In this document: positions 25,453-38,359 of the stretch, in pieces
Position numbering within the stretch: position 1 is the stretch's first letter
How the letters are laid out: every line of letters starts with the position of its first letter
DNA from: Mizuhopecten yessoensis
Lineage: Eukaryota
Direction of reading: 5' to 3'
NCBI RefSeq assembly: GCF_002113885.1
Contig: NW_018406276.1
Location: 128,572-192,571 of the forward strand
Length of the DNA stretch: 64,000 bases
Made by a program: the position numbers and the translations under genes
Notes under the pieces: model-generated
Database searches by the model: none
The model's input: the letters and a program-made list of their open reading frames with translations, nothing else
Told to the model about the DNA's origin: nothing

Positions 25453-28400
25453 TTTATCTATGACATTAGGTCAGGATTGGTGTGCTGAGGTCTTGGTACA
25501 CATTTGTACATCTTCTACATCGGTACAATAGATCTTCATTTATGATACTTTAGTTGCCTTTTCTTTATCTATGACATTAGGTCAGGATTGGTGTGCTGAG
25601 GTCTTGGTACAAATTTGTACATCTTCTACATCAGTACAATAGACCTCCATTTATGATTTTTTCAATTGTTTTTTCTTTATCTATGACATTAGGTCAGGAT
25701 TGGTGTGCTGAGGTCTTGGTACAAATTTGTACATCTTCTACTTCTGTAGCCAATCTGACATCAGACCTAAATGATTTTGTTGTCAGGTCAATGAAACCTT
25801 TCTGTAAGCTTACATTGTAATGTGTCCTTGGTCAAAGTATATAGAGACTCGTTCAAGGTCTTACAAACAGTTCCAGGTGGCAAGGACATTATTCTGATCT
25901 CTGTATCCAAATCTTGTTGGCAAATGTTATGACATGTTAAAATAAAGTAGAGATATATATTTATGCCAATAAGTACAACATGACAAAAGTATAGGTATCA
26001 GTATGATGTATATTCGTTGGGTATATAGATGATATATTCATGTGATACATCAGATACAGCATAACATACAAATGACATTTGGCTTGAAAACTATCTCAGC
26101 TGTTCCCCTTATACAAATTTTTGAATCATTTACCTGATCAGTGTGCGACAGTGTAAGTAGACCACCAGTAAAGATGATTCAGCCGCTGCATGGCCCTCGC
26201 TCAGCTGGAGGGGGACTGATATACTGCCGTAATGCATGTTACAAGAACTCTTCGAGAACACTACGTGACCCTCTCACAAATCCGGAAATCCACCCAGCAG
26301 TGAATTCCATCACAGTACATGAGACAGTACCATGCAAATGTTTTGCAAGAACTTGTGAGATTCTTTATTATGTAAACTTGAGATCTGAATATCTCATGAA
26401 TCGAATGATGAATTGATATATGAAATTATTTGAACTTGGGGAAAGATGTATACGTTGTAAATGCTGACAATGATTGACTCGTATTGGTCGAGTTCTTCCC
26501 TGCGTGCCGGGTAGGTCATGCACATTGCATGTTTAAAACATCCGAATGCTGTGATGAACTCCCCTATAGACAGGGACCGACACAGTCTGTTATCGTTATT
26601 TTGGGACTGGTACGAGGCGGAAGTTTGTTCCTGCACCTCGTAGTAGGGAATTAGAAGGGAGGCTAGATTAGTGTCCTTACCTTCAACAATCTGTCGGCGT
26701 AATGACAGCGCCATCAAATCCATTTGAGGAATGTCCTCCGGGGCAACTGGGCCTGTCACGTTGTGTGATTCAAGGCTCGCACTTACCTGAGCTGTGACAC
26801 TTACATTTTGGCGGTTATAACTGTCCTCGAGCGTGAAGGGCTTTGGGACTTTCTCTTTGTCCCCTAGAAGTCGTACGAGGACATTCTACATACCCGACAT
26901 CGTTTCACACAAAGTTTTTAGCATGGGCGACGCCATGTTGTTTGGTACAGTAGACCTCCATTTATGATGCTTTAATCGCCTTTTCTTTATCTATGACATC
27001 GGGTCAGGATTGGTGTGCTGAGGTCTTAATGGTACAAATTTGTACATCTTCTACATCAGTACAATAGACCTCCATTTATGATGCTTTAATTGCCTTTTTC
27101 TTTATCTATGACATGAGGTCAGGATTTAGGACATTATTCTGATGTCTGTATCCAAATCTTGTTGGCAAATATTATCAAATGTTCAAAAAAACCTATAAAT
27201 ATATAAATAAATAGTTTAACAATTACTGTGTTCAGCATTATGGTTGTGACAACTAGTGTAAGACAGACGAATGACATCATTTCAAAACTGTGCATTCTAC
27301 ATCAGTACAATAGACCTCCATTCATGATGCTTTTACAAATGTATTGCCTTTTCTTTTTCTGTGACATTGGGTCAGGAATGGGGTGCTGAGGTCTTGGTAC
27401 AAATTTTTACATCTTTTACATCAGTACAATAGACCTCCATTTATGATGATTTAATTGCCTTTTCTTTATCTATGACATTGGGTCAGGATTGGTGTGCTGT
27501 GGTCTTGGTACAAATTTGTACATCTTCTACATCAGTACAATAGACCTCCATTTATGATGTTTTTAATTGCCTTTTCTTTATCTATCACATTAGGTCAGGA
27601 TTGGTGTGCTGAGGTCTTGGTACAAATTTGTACATCTTCTACATCGGTACAATAGACCTCCATTTATGATGCTTTTATTGCCTTTTCTTTATCTATGACA
27701 TTAGATCAGGATTGCTGTGCTGAGGTCTTGGTACAAATTTGTACATCTTCTACATCAGTACAATAGACCTCCATTTATGATGCTTTTATTGCCTTTTCTT
27801 TATCTATGACATTAGGTCAGGATTGGTGTGCTGAGGTCTTGGTACAAATTTGTACATCTTCTACATCAGTACAATAGACCTCCATTTATGATGCTTTTAT
27901 TGCCTTTTCTTTATCTATGACATTAGGTCAGGATTGGTGTGCTGAGGTCTTGGTACAAATTTGTACATCTTCTACATCAGTACAATAGACCTCCATTTAT
28001 GATGCTTTTATTGCCTTTTCTTTATCTATGACATTAGGTCAGGATTGGTGTGCTGAGGTCTTGGTACAAATTTGTACATCTTCTACATCAGTACAATAGA
28101 CCTCCATTTATGATGCTTTTATTGCCTTTTCTTTATCTATGACATTAGGTCAGGATTGGTGTGCTGAGGTCTTGGTACAAATTTGTACATCTTCTACATC
28201 AGTACAATAGACCTCCATTTATGATGCTTTTATTGCCTTTTCTTTATCTATGACATTAGGTCAGGATTGGTGTGCTGAGGTCTTGGTACAAATTTGTACA
28301 TCTTCTACATCAGTACAATAGACCTCCATTTATGATGCTTTTATTGCCTTTTCTTTATCTATGACATTAGGTCAGGATTGGTGTGCTGAGGTCTTGGTAC

Positions 28401-30897
28401 AAATTTGTACATCTTCTACATCAGTACAATAGACCTCCATTTATGATGCTTTTATTGCCTTTTCTTTATCTATGACATTAGGTCAGGATTGGTGTGCTGA
28501 GGTCTTGGTACAAATTTGTACATCTTCTACATCAGTACAATAGACCTCCATTTATGATGCTTTTATTGCCTTTTCTTTATCTATGACATTAGGTCAGGAT
28601 TGGTGTGCTGAGGTCTTGGTACAAATTTGTACATCTTCTACATCAGTACAATAGACCTCCATTTATGATGCTTTTATTGCCTTTTCTTTATCTATGACAT
28701 TAGGTCAGGATTGGTGTGCTGAGGTCTTGGTACAAATTTGTACATCTTCTACATCAGTACAATAGACCTCCATTTATGATGCTTTTATTGCCTTTTCTTT
28801 ATCTATGACATTAGGTCAGGATTGGTGTGCTGAGGTCTTGGTACAAATTTGTACATCTTCTACATCAGTACAATAGACCTCCATTTATGATGCTTTTATT
28901 GCCTTTTCTTTATCTATGACATTAGGTCAGGATTGGTGTGCTGAGGTCTTGGTACAAATTTGTACATCTTCTACATCAGTACAATAGACCTCCATTTATG
29001 ATGCTTTTATTGCCTTTTCTTTATCTATGACATTAGGTCAGGATTGGTGTGCTGAGGTCTTGGTACAAATTTGTACATCTTCTACATCAGTACAATAGAC
29101 CTCCATTTATGATGCTTTTATTGCCTTTTCTTTATCTATGACATTAGGTCAGGATTGGTGTGCTGAGGTCTTGGTACAAATTTGTACATCTTCTACATCA
29201 GTACAATAGACCTCCATTTATGATGCTTTTATTGCCTTTTCTTTATCTATGACATTAGGTCAGGATTGGTGTGCTGAGGTCTTGGTACAAATTTGTACAT
29301 CTTCTACATCAGTACAATAGACCTCCATTTATGATGCTTTTATTGCCTTTTCTTTATCTATGACATTAGGTCAGGATTGGTGTGCTGAGGTCTTGGTACA
29401 AATTTGTACATCTTCTACATCAGTACAATAGACCTCCATTTATGATGCTTTTATTGCCTTTTCTTTATCTATGACATTAGGTCAGGATTGGTGTGCTGAG
29501 GTCTTGGTACAAATTTGTACATCTTCTACATCAGTACAATAGACCTCCATTTATGATGCTTTTATTGCCTTTTCTTTATCTATGACATTAGGTCAGGATT
29601 GGTGTGCTGAGGTCTTGGTACAAATTTGTACATCTTCTACATCAGTACAATAGACCTCCATTTATGATGCTTTTATTGCCTTTTCTTTATCTATGACATT
29701 AGGTCAGGATTGGTGTGCTGAGGTCTTGGTACAAATTTGTACATCTTCTACATCAGTACAATAGACCTCCATTTATGATGCTTTTATTGCCTTTTCTTTA
29801 TCTATGACATTAGGTCAGGATTGGTGTGCTGAGGTCTTGGTACAAATTTGTACATCTTCTACATCAGTACAATAGACCTCCATTTATGATGCTTTTATTG
29901 CCTTTTCTTTATCTATGACATTAGGTCAGGATTGGTGTGCTGAGGTCTTGGTACAAATTTGTACATCTTCTACATCAGTACAATAGACCTCCATTTATGA
30001 TGCTTTTATTGCCTTTTCTTTATCTATGACATTAGGTCAGGATTGGTGTGCTGAGGTCTTGGTACAAATTTGTACATCTTCTACATCAGTACAATAGACC
30101 TCCATTTATGATGCTTTTATTGCCTTTTCTTTATCTATGACATTAGGTCAGGATTGGTGTGCTGAGGTCTTGGTACAAATTTGTACATCTTCTACATCAG
30201 TACAATAGACCTCCATTTATGATGCTTTTATTGCCTTTTCTTTATCTATGACATTAGGTCAGGATTGGTGTGCTGAGGTCTTGGTACAAATTTGTACATC
30301 TTCTACATCAGTACAATAGACCTCCATTTATGATGCTTTTATTGCCTTTTCTTTATCTATGACATGAGGTCAAGATTGGTGTGCTGAGGTCTTGGTACAA
30401 ATTTGTACATCTTCTACATCAGTACAATAGACCTGCATTTATGATGTTTTTAATTGCCTTTTCTTTATCTCTGACATTGGGTCAGGATTGGTGTGCTGAG
30501 GTTTTGGTTCAAATTTGTACATCTTCAACATCAGTACAATAGACCTCCATTTATGATGCTTTAATTGCCTTTTCTTTATCTATCACATTTGGTCAGGATT
30601 TAGGACATTATTCTGATGTCTGTATCCAAATCTTGTTGGCAAATATTATCAAATGTTCAAAAAGAACTATAAATATATAAATAAATAGTTTTAACAATTA
30701 CTGTGTTCAGCATTCTGGTTGTGACATCTAGTGTAAGACAGACGAATGACATCACTTCAAAACTGCATTCTACATCAGTACAATAGACCTCCATTTATGA
30801 TGTTTTTAATTGCCTTTTCTTTATCTATGACATTAGGTCAGGATTGGTGTGCTGAGGTCTTGGTACAAATTTGTACATCTTCTACATCAGTACAATA
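25452..30897. repeat. 111-bp satellite array, about 35 units in four blocks
   Basis: Unit ...GTCAGGATTGGTGTGCTGAGGTCTTGGTACAAATTTGTACATCTTC... has period 111 (27811, 27922 ... 28921). Blocks lie at about 25452-25745, 26945-27125, 27296-30600 and 30768-30897. About 24 identical units lie at 27720-30360. Confidence 0.95.
26450..26940 (-). mobile_element. DIRS/Ngaro-type gag fragment 1
   Basis: 'IPQMDLM..RRQIVEGKDTNLASLLIP..RL..LSIGEFITAFG..YPARREELDQYE' is the same core as the gag genes lying upstream of RT at 34.4 and 36.7 kb. Confidence 0.8.
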
Positions 30898-30901
30898 TTT
30901 G

Positions 30902-32600
30902 CGTTGGCGTTTGCAAATCATCCTCACGATTCGTAGTAACCTGGATGCCATCTTGTCGCACGGAATTGTGGGATCGCGCACCTCTAGACCTCGCGTCTCT
31001 CAGTTTTTTTTAACCAAAACCGTTCGTTTCTCGTTGGCCCTGAACGGTACCGCCAAAATTGTCAATTCCTCTCGCAAACGAGCTAAAGTCCAATTATCCA
31101 GCATTTCCGGATCGTATGGAACAACTTTGGGATTCCTACGTTTAGGTCCCATGTCTTAAAACTATTGTCTCACAATATAAAGTTGATAGGCCTAGAAAGG
31201 TAGGCACGGTCGAGTGCACGTACAATGTCAAGTTCACACATAAAATGACGAATCACGGCGAAGTATTTCGCTCGCTACACTTATATAGGAAGTGCGTCAC
31301 GTCCTTAAACACAAAGTTGTAAGGTAGTAAAAATAGGTACAACAGTATACGATTAGTAGGCTGCTTTACTCCTCGTGTGTAACAACTATGGTCACTCTGG
31401 CCGGTAAAGTAGGGAATCAGCAGAGCGGCCAAGTTTATATCCCTTCCTGAAATTATTTGCTGTCGCAATGAAGGGGAAACTGTTTCGACTTACGGTAGTG
31501 TTTCTGCTGAAAAGCCATATCGCGTTCTTTGAATAAAGCTCTCACCTTGTGATGCGTTAGTCTCAAGACTCCTGTATGCGGTCTCCAAGGTGTACTCTGC
31601 TTGAACAAGTATGCTCGATTCCGTGGCAAGTTGATTTTCGCTGCCGGCAGCCGCTGCAGGAGAAAATCGACGCCTGGAAGAATTTGTCACGGAACTCACT
31701 GTAGTGGCGTTGCTACTAACGGAATCATTAAATCGTCTTTCAAGTCTGACATAACTGTCTTGAAGTGTAGAAACACTCTCCGCCAAACTAGTGACGATGG
31801 CGACCAACGTTGGCATTTGCAAATCATCCTCACAATTCGTAGTAACCTGGACGCCATCTTGTCGCACGGAATTGTGGGATCACGCACCTCTAGACCTCGC
31901 GTCTCTCAATTTTTTTAACCAAAACCGTTCGTTTCTCGTTGGCCCTGAACGGTACCGCCAAAATTGTCAATTCCTCTCGCAAACGAGCTAAAGTCCAATT
32001 TTGCAGCATTTCCGGATCGTACGGAACAACTCTGGGATTCCTACGTTTAGGTCCCATGTCTTAAAACTATTGTCTCACAATATAAAGTCGATAGGCCTAG
32101 AAAGGTAGGCACGGTCGAGTGCACGTACAATGTCAAGTTCACACATAAAATGACGAATCACGGCGAAGTATTTCGCTCGCTACACTTATATAGGAAGTGC
32201 GTCACGTCCTTAAACACAAAGTTGTAAGGTAGTAGAATACGTACAACAGTATACAATTAGTATGCTGCTTTACTCCTCGTGTGTAACGTAGCCACACCTT
32301 AAGTCCAACAATCACGCAGAAAGTAAACAAACGTTTCTCCTCGTAATAATCCACGTTACAACGTAACAAACCGACGAATTTTAAATCCTACGGCGATGAC
32401 TGTCACTAGTAATCATGGTGTAGTTCAAGTTAAATCCAATAGTGTAGTTAACACTTGAAAAGTCGAGGAAAAACAAACGATGAGAATCCGCCAAAAACAA
32501 AGAATGAATAGGGTGCTGTCAATACTGGTACCCCTCTAGGGGATAATGCTGATTGGTCAAAATCTACCCCACTCATTAGCATAAATATATCAACAACTTG
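30902..32600 (-). mobile_element. DIRS/Ngaro-type gag fragment 2 (5' UTR and N-half), with a duplicated 5' part
   Basis: ATG at 32057: MGPKRRNPRVVPYDPEMLQNWTLARLREEL (LEM/HeH-like N-terminus), then 'YGFSAETLP*VETVSPSLRQQIISGRDINLAALLIP'. 30902-31383 is a diverged copy of 31808-32287. Confidence 0.8.
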
Positions 32601-33752
32601 CATAGAGATGCGTATGACTAGCTACGATATCAAGATGACACGACACAGGAAATAGACCTGACAAAGCACATATTCTTGTAATAAACAACACAAAGAAAAG
32701 ATATAAAATGTACATGAACATTTAGTGCATTTTTTTTTTTTTAACCTAACGAATTCATGACTAAACAAACCATACACTAAACAAGTCATACATGTAGAAG
32801 TACATATAGTTGTATACAAACTATAATTTTAACATTTAACATGTCAAATTATCATCTAAAGATGTTCCGAGTATGAATCAGGCACCTTTGAGGTTCCCGA
32901 AGGGGTAAACTGTCGTATTATAAATTGCTATTGACTGATTTAGATATGTTATGTCTGACCAATGACTACCGTTAATATTTGCGTAGTGCGCACTTTTTTA
33001 AGAGGAAAATGAAGTGTCAAGAAAGGGGTGTACACGATACTCAAGAACAATACAAAACCAGTCCTTGGTCACGACCATTTCTGGTAAATTTTTCGAGGAT
33101 TTTCGGAAATGTTTTGATGTATGCTAACAGCAATACAACTGCTAAATTTGGTTGAATAATCCCTGATTTCATTGCCAATTTAACAATTACGAAAAGTTGC
33201 AAGTTTAAGTCATATAATACTATAGAATCGGATAAATAAACTCGAGTAAAGTAGGCTCAACTTTTCAGGACGTTACGTTGTGAATTGATAAATACCACGT
33301 ATCAGGAAACATAGCGAAGAATTGCATCGGATTTATTACTCTGTGGTTAAAATGTCGTTCAATCCCGAAGCCTTCCGATACACGTTGTTACAACAAACAA
33401 CAAAAAAGGTAAACTACTTGCTTGATTTGAATAATCAAAACAGTTCCATAAACTGCACATTATGCTTAGTGTAATTATTTCTCTATTATTGTATAAAAGA
33501 ATGAAGCTACATAGAAATAGTATGTTAAATTTGTTAAACAATAACAAATCAAATCTACGCTATATCGGCTGAGGTTCAGCTTATCATTTTAATGGTCCCA
33601 GTGGGGGTATCCCACTACTGACCCTTTAGCCCTTCAGCCAGAGGGAGCTGATCACACAGCATGACCCCCTATACAGCTCAGCTAGTACTGATTAGCCTAC
33701 ACTTGTGCAGCTAAAACTAATTATTACTTCTCAGATAAATTGAGATGATATG

Positions 33753-35333
33753 TCACAATATTTCTCTGTCAGTCATAGTACCTTTCTCCAACTCCTGTAG
33801 CTTCTGGATGGCGTCATCTTTGCGTACATAGAACAGAGAACATGATTCCTTGTCTATGAGATAATTTACACTTGGGTGTAATTCATCTTCATGTGGGGCG
33901 GACAGATCTACTATAAGACGTGGTTTCCCAGAGTATTTTCCCACACCTACGCCTATGGGGCTTAAACGGTATTTATCGAAAGTAAACGTTCGAATGGACC
34001 CTGTAAAACTCCCTTCTCCACTTCGCTTTGAATTAATTTATCCACCAAATCCGACTGTGTTATCGCAGACTGAAGATTTTTACACTCCTTTGTTGGTAGC
34101 TCGGTTTTTGATATAAGAGTGTCAAAACCTTTGGACAATCCTTAACACAGGTAATCTATAAACATTTTGTCTGGGTGGAGATCAAGTTCTGTACGGAGTT
34201 GGTCTATATTTACAGGTGTGTTAACGTGTACGTAATTGTCCTCTATCAGTCATTGGTTCTGTTGTGTGTTGTTTTGGACTCCTGTCCCCGATTTATTGGG
34301 TTGCGATCCATTGTTGCCGCCTTTGCACGAATCTGCCCCATGGCTAGTAGATTTACAAGACGTGCAGGCATGATAGAAGAAACAACCATCGCCTCGTGAA
34401 CATTTCCCCGAATTGAAGTTGGTACACAATTCTCTTTTTGTTGTTAAACATTGTTACACATTTCACTTTTTGTCTGTCGAATATATCGGTATCCCTGCCT
34501 TGATAACCCTGTTGGTTTGTAATTTGTGCGCCTCCATTTCCATAATGTAAGTCTTTTTGTACCTTTTTTCGGGGCAGAAAGCAGTGTTGTGTGACGTCAA
34601 ATTGCACAATTGACAAGAGTTCACCCTAGTGTTTCCCATGATCATGGCCAGTAAACCATTATCCTTTAGGACCCAGTCCACCTTGCCTATATTATCATTT
34701 AATGCCGCTGCTGCCCTAGCCGAAAACTGGCAGTGGTAATCGTAGAATTTCCCCCCGTAAACATTAGAAATTTCTACGATATTGACTTCATATCTATCCA
34801 GTTCAATCCTCCCATGGGGGGCTTTCTTGTACACCGTTCTTTTGTACTTCCCGAAAACGTTTATAAACTTGCTGATAGTCAATGATTTTGCAAGTCTGGG
34901 GTCTTCTGTTTCATTTAATGTAATGTTTATAGCCGAGCCGTCCCTATCGTAAACCTCCCTGGGTTTGTGTCTCGGCATTAGAAATTGCGCCAGATTGACG
35001 TCTTGTCCTTCCCAAATAAGTTTCTCTGGGATACTGTCTATGTGGGGGATTGATTCTGAGGGAATACCGAACTCTGATATGGGCAGTCTGTACCCACCTG
35101 TTGCAGACGTAGCTCGGGTATACTCCTTCTCGTCTGGCTCTGTCTCAGGGTTGACTGCAGTGTTTGTAGTTGTCGGTGATACTGTGGGGACATTTCTTGT
35201 CTTCATAATCCCTAGCACAGCAGTCTGCAGTCCCGCGACTGTCTGCTGCATGGATTTCATTGCCTCCATCATGTGTTTGACAGCTTCTGTGTTTTGATCC
35301 ATGGGCGCAGCCATATTTGTTGGTGACGTCACG
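33753..35333 (-). mobile_element. DIRS/Ngaro-type element 3: gag (289-aa ORF) plus 5' part of RT
   Basis: gag core, FYDYHCQFSARAA and Cys/His knuckles, followed by degraded RT 'TPVN..HPD..GFDT..GKYSGKPRLIVDLSAPH'. Confidence 0.85.
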
Positions 35334-35336
35334 NAT

Positions 35337-35490
35337 TTAATACCTTAAACTACAATTCCGAAGTGGCTGAGAAACAGTTTCCACGAGGGGCAGGGTGTTG
35401 GCAGCATATCCGAATGTTGTCCTCGTTGCGTTTGTAGCTGGTGTTTCCAATTGGGCGACGCTACCTGTTGCTGCGCTGGGCCGGTTCCCA
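35337..35490 (-). mobile_element. DIRS/Ngaro-type gag fragment 4
   Basis: 'RTTFGYAANTLPLVETVSQPLR' is homologous to fragments 2 and 7. Confidence 0.65.
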
Positions 35491-36187
35491 AGAACAGAAA
35501 AAATCACAGAAAATCCATGTAATCCTTGTTCCAATGATCAAGGATGTCCCTGACACAATATAATGACACTTGAAAAATGTCAACAAAAGCATGTGGTCAA
35601 ACGCTACATAAACACAACAGCCTAGCGTATGTAGAATAAAAACTTGAACCTCGTAAGAAATTAGTGATGTATGTTAAACTGGCGGAAAAGTGTTAAAGAT
35701 TTAAGAAACAAAAACAGACAGTGCTGATGCTGAGACTGCTTTCAACTGACTGAAGACGTTATCAATAGGGCTATCCCTATAGGCTGAATGACCATTGGTC
35801 AACCAGGTCATGTGACATACTGTACACCAAACCAAATATGGTAGCGGAGGTCGACTGGTAAATGTTGTGTACAAACAATTTTTTTGGTAATCCCGAATAA
35901 ACATATGTCGTCTTGGAATCCAATACAGGCCCAAGATCACCTTCTGTAGGTCTGCGCTGTAAAATTGTCAAAATATAACTGAATAAACATGTTAAAATAA
36001 TCATATGTGAACCGGTAAGCAATTAAATCAGGAATCCCACTTCCAATGTGGAAAACTTGCTAATTAAAACAGGCCAAACTTAGGTGTATTATGATAGTAA
36101 TATAGCTGAGTGTCCATTATGTTACCAATTTTAAAATTTATTATTGATAGGTAAAAAACAGGAACTTTAACTTCAATTTTGTTTTAT

Positions 36188-38354
36188 TTAGAACAGCAGT
36201 ACAATAAAGCCAACCTCGAACAGATGCCACTGTGATGGATGAATGGGCAGTAATTTGAAAGCGTCCGAAATATCTATTTTACACATTGAATTATTCTTTC
36301 CTAATGTTTGTATCAATTTGATAGCATCGTCTATGCGCACATAACACAGGGAACAATCCTCCTTATCTATTAGGTCTTTGACACTCGGGTGTTCGTCATT
36401 GTCGTATGGTGAAGATAGGTCCACTATCAAAAGGGGTTTACCAGAGTACTTCCCAGATGACACCCCTATTGGACTGACTCTATATGTTGAGAATGGTAAT
36501 ATATTAAAGGGTCCTTGTAAAAATCCTTTTTTAGTCTCACTTAGAATAAGATTGTCGACAGTGTTTTTGTCGTTAAAAGCCGACATTAGGTTTCTACATT
36601 CTTTAATGGGAAGAGTAGATCCTACCACCATAGTATCAAATCCATGAGTCAGTCCATCGCATAAATAGTTCAAAAACTCACGGTCCGGATGACCGGTCAG
36701 TTCATAGCTCAGTCGTTCAATATTGACCGGAGTTGTTGCCACTTGTCATTGACAGGGGTTAATGTTACTGTCCTCACTTTGGGTTACCCTTTGTCGTCTG
36801 TCCCTCAGAGCAGTAGCTGCTTTTAACGCAAATTGACAATGGTAATCATAAAACCTCTGGCCGTATACGTTGGCAATCTCAGTGATGTTTGCTTCGTAAC
36901 TGTCCATCTCGGATCGATGCATCGGGAATTTTTCGCACATGACCCTTTTAAATTTCCCAAAAGCCGTCACAAATTCCGAAATGGTCAAATGTTTATTCAA
37001 CCTGGGGTCCTCAACTTGATCATTAATGTGGACATTAATGCCAGGCTGTTTATCTTCAGTCTCGTATTTAGGAATTAACAGGGAGGCCAGATTGATGTAT
37101 CTCCCCTCGAGGATTTTCTTTTTGTTATTGTCAGACACAATGTCCAAGTGAGGGATGCTCTCGGACGAGATGCCATCAGATAAAGAATCAAAGTAGTTAC
37201 CTGATTTTCCTGTAGAGCTCGTGGCAGCCGCAGCGTGTGTGTTGGTCACCGCGTATGATTTCTCCGTGTGTACGTCTGTGGGTTGACGTTCCTTATTGCT
37301 GTTGGAGACGAGAGCGATAACAGTCTGCGGCAGGTCCATCATTGTTTTTTGCATACCCTACATTGACAAAAGGAGTCCCTCCACAACATTCACACTAGGT
37401 GTGGCCATGTTTTTTGACGTCCGCATACCCACTTCCGGTGTGGTGATGGGTGATGCGGTTGACAGAGCCTCGGCACATCGAAGTAGTTCCGTACAATTTT
37501 CGGATGTACTAGCACTTGTCGTGGTGTTGACGTCCGACACGGGCATAGGTGTTAAGCCACTATTGTCATTGTCTGAACTAATCACTTCCTGGTTCGAATT
37601 CACTAGTCCCCGAACTGGGCAGCCTCGTACAACCCCACTTTCACGCCGCCTTCCCACATTTTCAAGATACATAGTTTTAAGCGTGGCTTTTGTAATTCCT
37701 GTTGATTGTATTCCTGTATGATTGTCCAGTTGTTTGGGTTGGAATTATCCCACGGGACGGTTCTGGCAATCTGATTAAAATCATCTGTTACATGGCTCCG
37801 CCTGAACATCTGAATGTGTCGTGGTTAGGGTCACGTTCAAGTGACCTTTAGATTAACCAATCAGAGGCGCGCTGGCAAAAGTTTGCCAGCAAATCGGAAT
37901 ATCATGGTTGATGGATAAATAGCGAGGGTATCGAACAGATTAGTTTTCAAAAACAAATATGGCGGCGGGAACTGACGTTTCTACGACGCCAAGGAAAACG
38001 CACCCATTGGGTAAAAATTGCTTAGGCAACACCGCCATACAGTCTTTCTTCTCTAATAAAGCTTCGAATATCTGTTCGGGTTTCAGACGATCAATCTCAA
38101 ATAACTTCAGAACTTTCGCATCATTCTCATCAATGTCCACCATATTTGTTACAACTCCGTGCGCCCTTTTGAAAGAGGATCTCTGATTGGTAAAAATTTA
38201 ACGAGTATTTATAGATATAAAGGTCACCTGAACGTGACCCTGACCGCGGCACACTCAGATGTTCAGGCGTAGTACGAAGTTAACGAAGCCATGTAACATA
38301 TGATTTTAATCAGATTGCGGTTCTGGTTGTGGTTCTCGACCTACGGCTCGCCAT
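36188..38354 (-). mobile_element. DIRS/Ngaro-type element 5: gag plus N-terminal RT, interrupted by an AcademH-type insert
   Basis: After removing 37767-38326, ATG at 38354 reads MASRRSRTTTRTVPWDNSNPNNWT. gag core at 36746-37354. RT at 36188-36742 ('YRVSPIGV..GKYSGK..VDLS..CKIDISDAFKLLPIHPSQWHLF') stops before YxDD. Confidence 0.88.
37767..38317. mobile_element. Non-autonomous AcademH-like DNA transposon (551 bp)
   Basis: ~85-100-bp TIRs starting CAATCTGATTAAAATCAT. 9-bp TSD CGGTTCTGG at 37758-66 and 38318-26. Internal RecQ-like start 'LKPEQIFEALLEKKDCMAVLP' on minus. Confidence 0.75.
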
Positions 38355-38359
38355 GTTAA

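Noticed and set aside
27296-30600. CRISPR-like array
   Set aside because: Units are contiguous 111-bp copies with no unique spacers, there are no cas genes, and the context is eukaryotic.
34463-35332. 289-aa ORF as a confirmed domesticated host gene
   Set aside because: It is 5'-truncated, frameshifted before the C-terminal knuckle and followed by decayed RT. Kept only as an alternative hypothesis.
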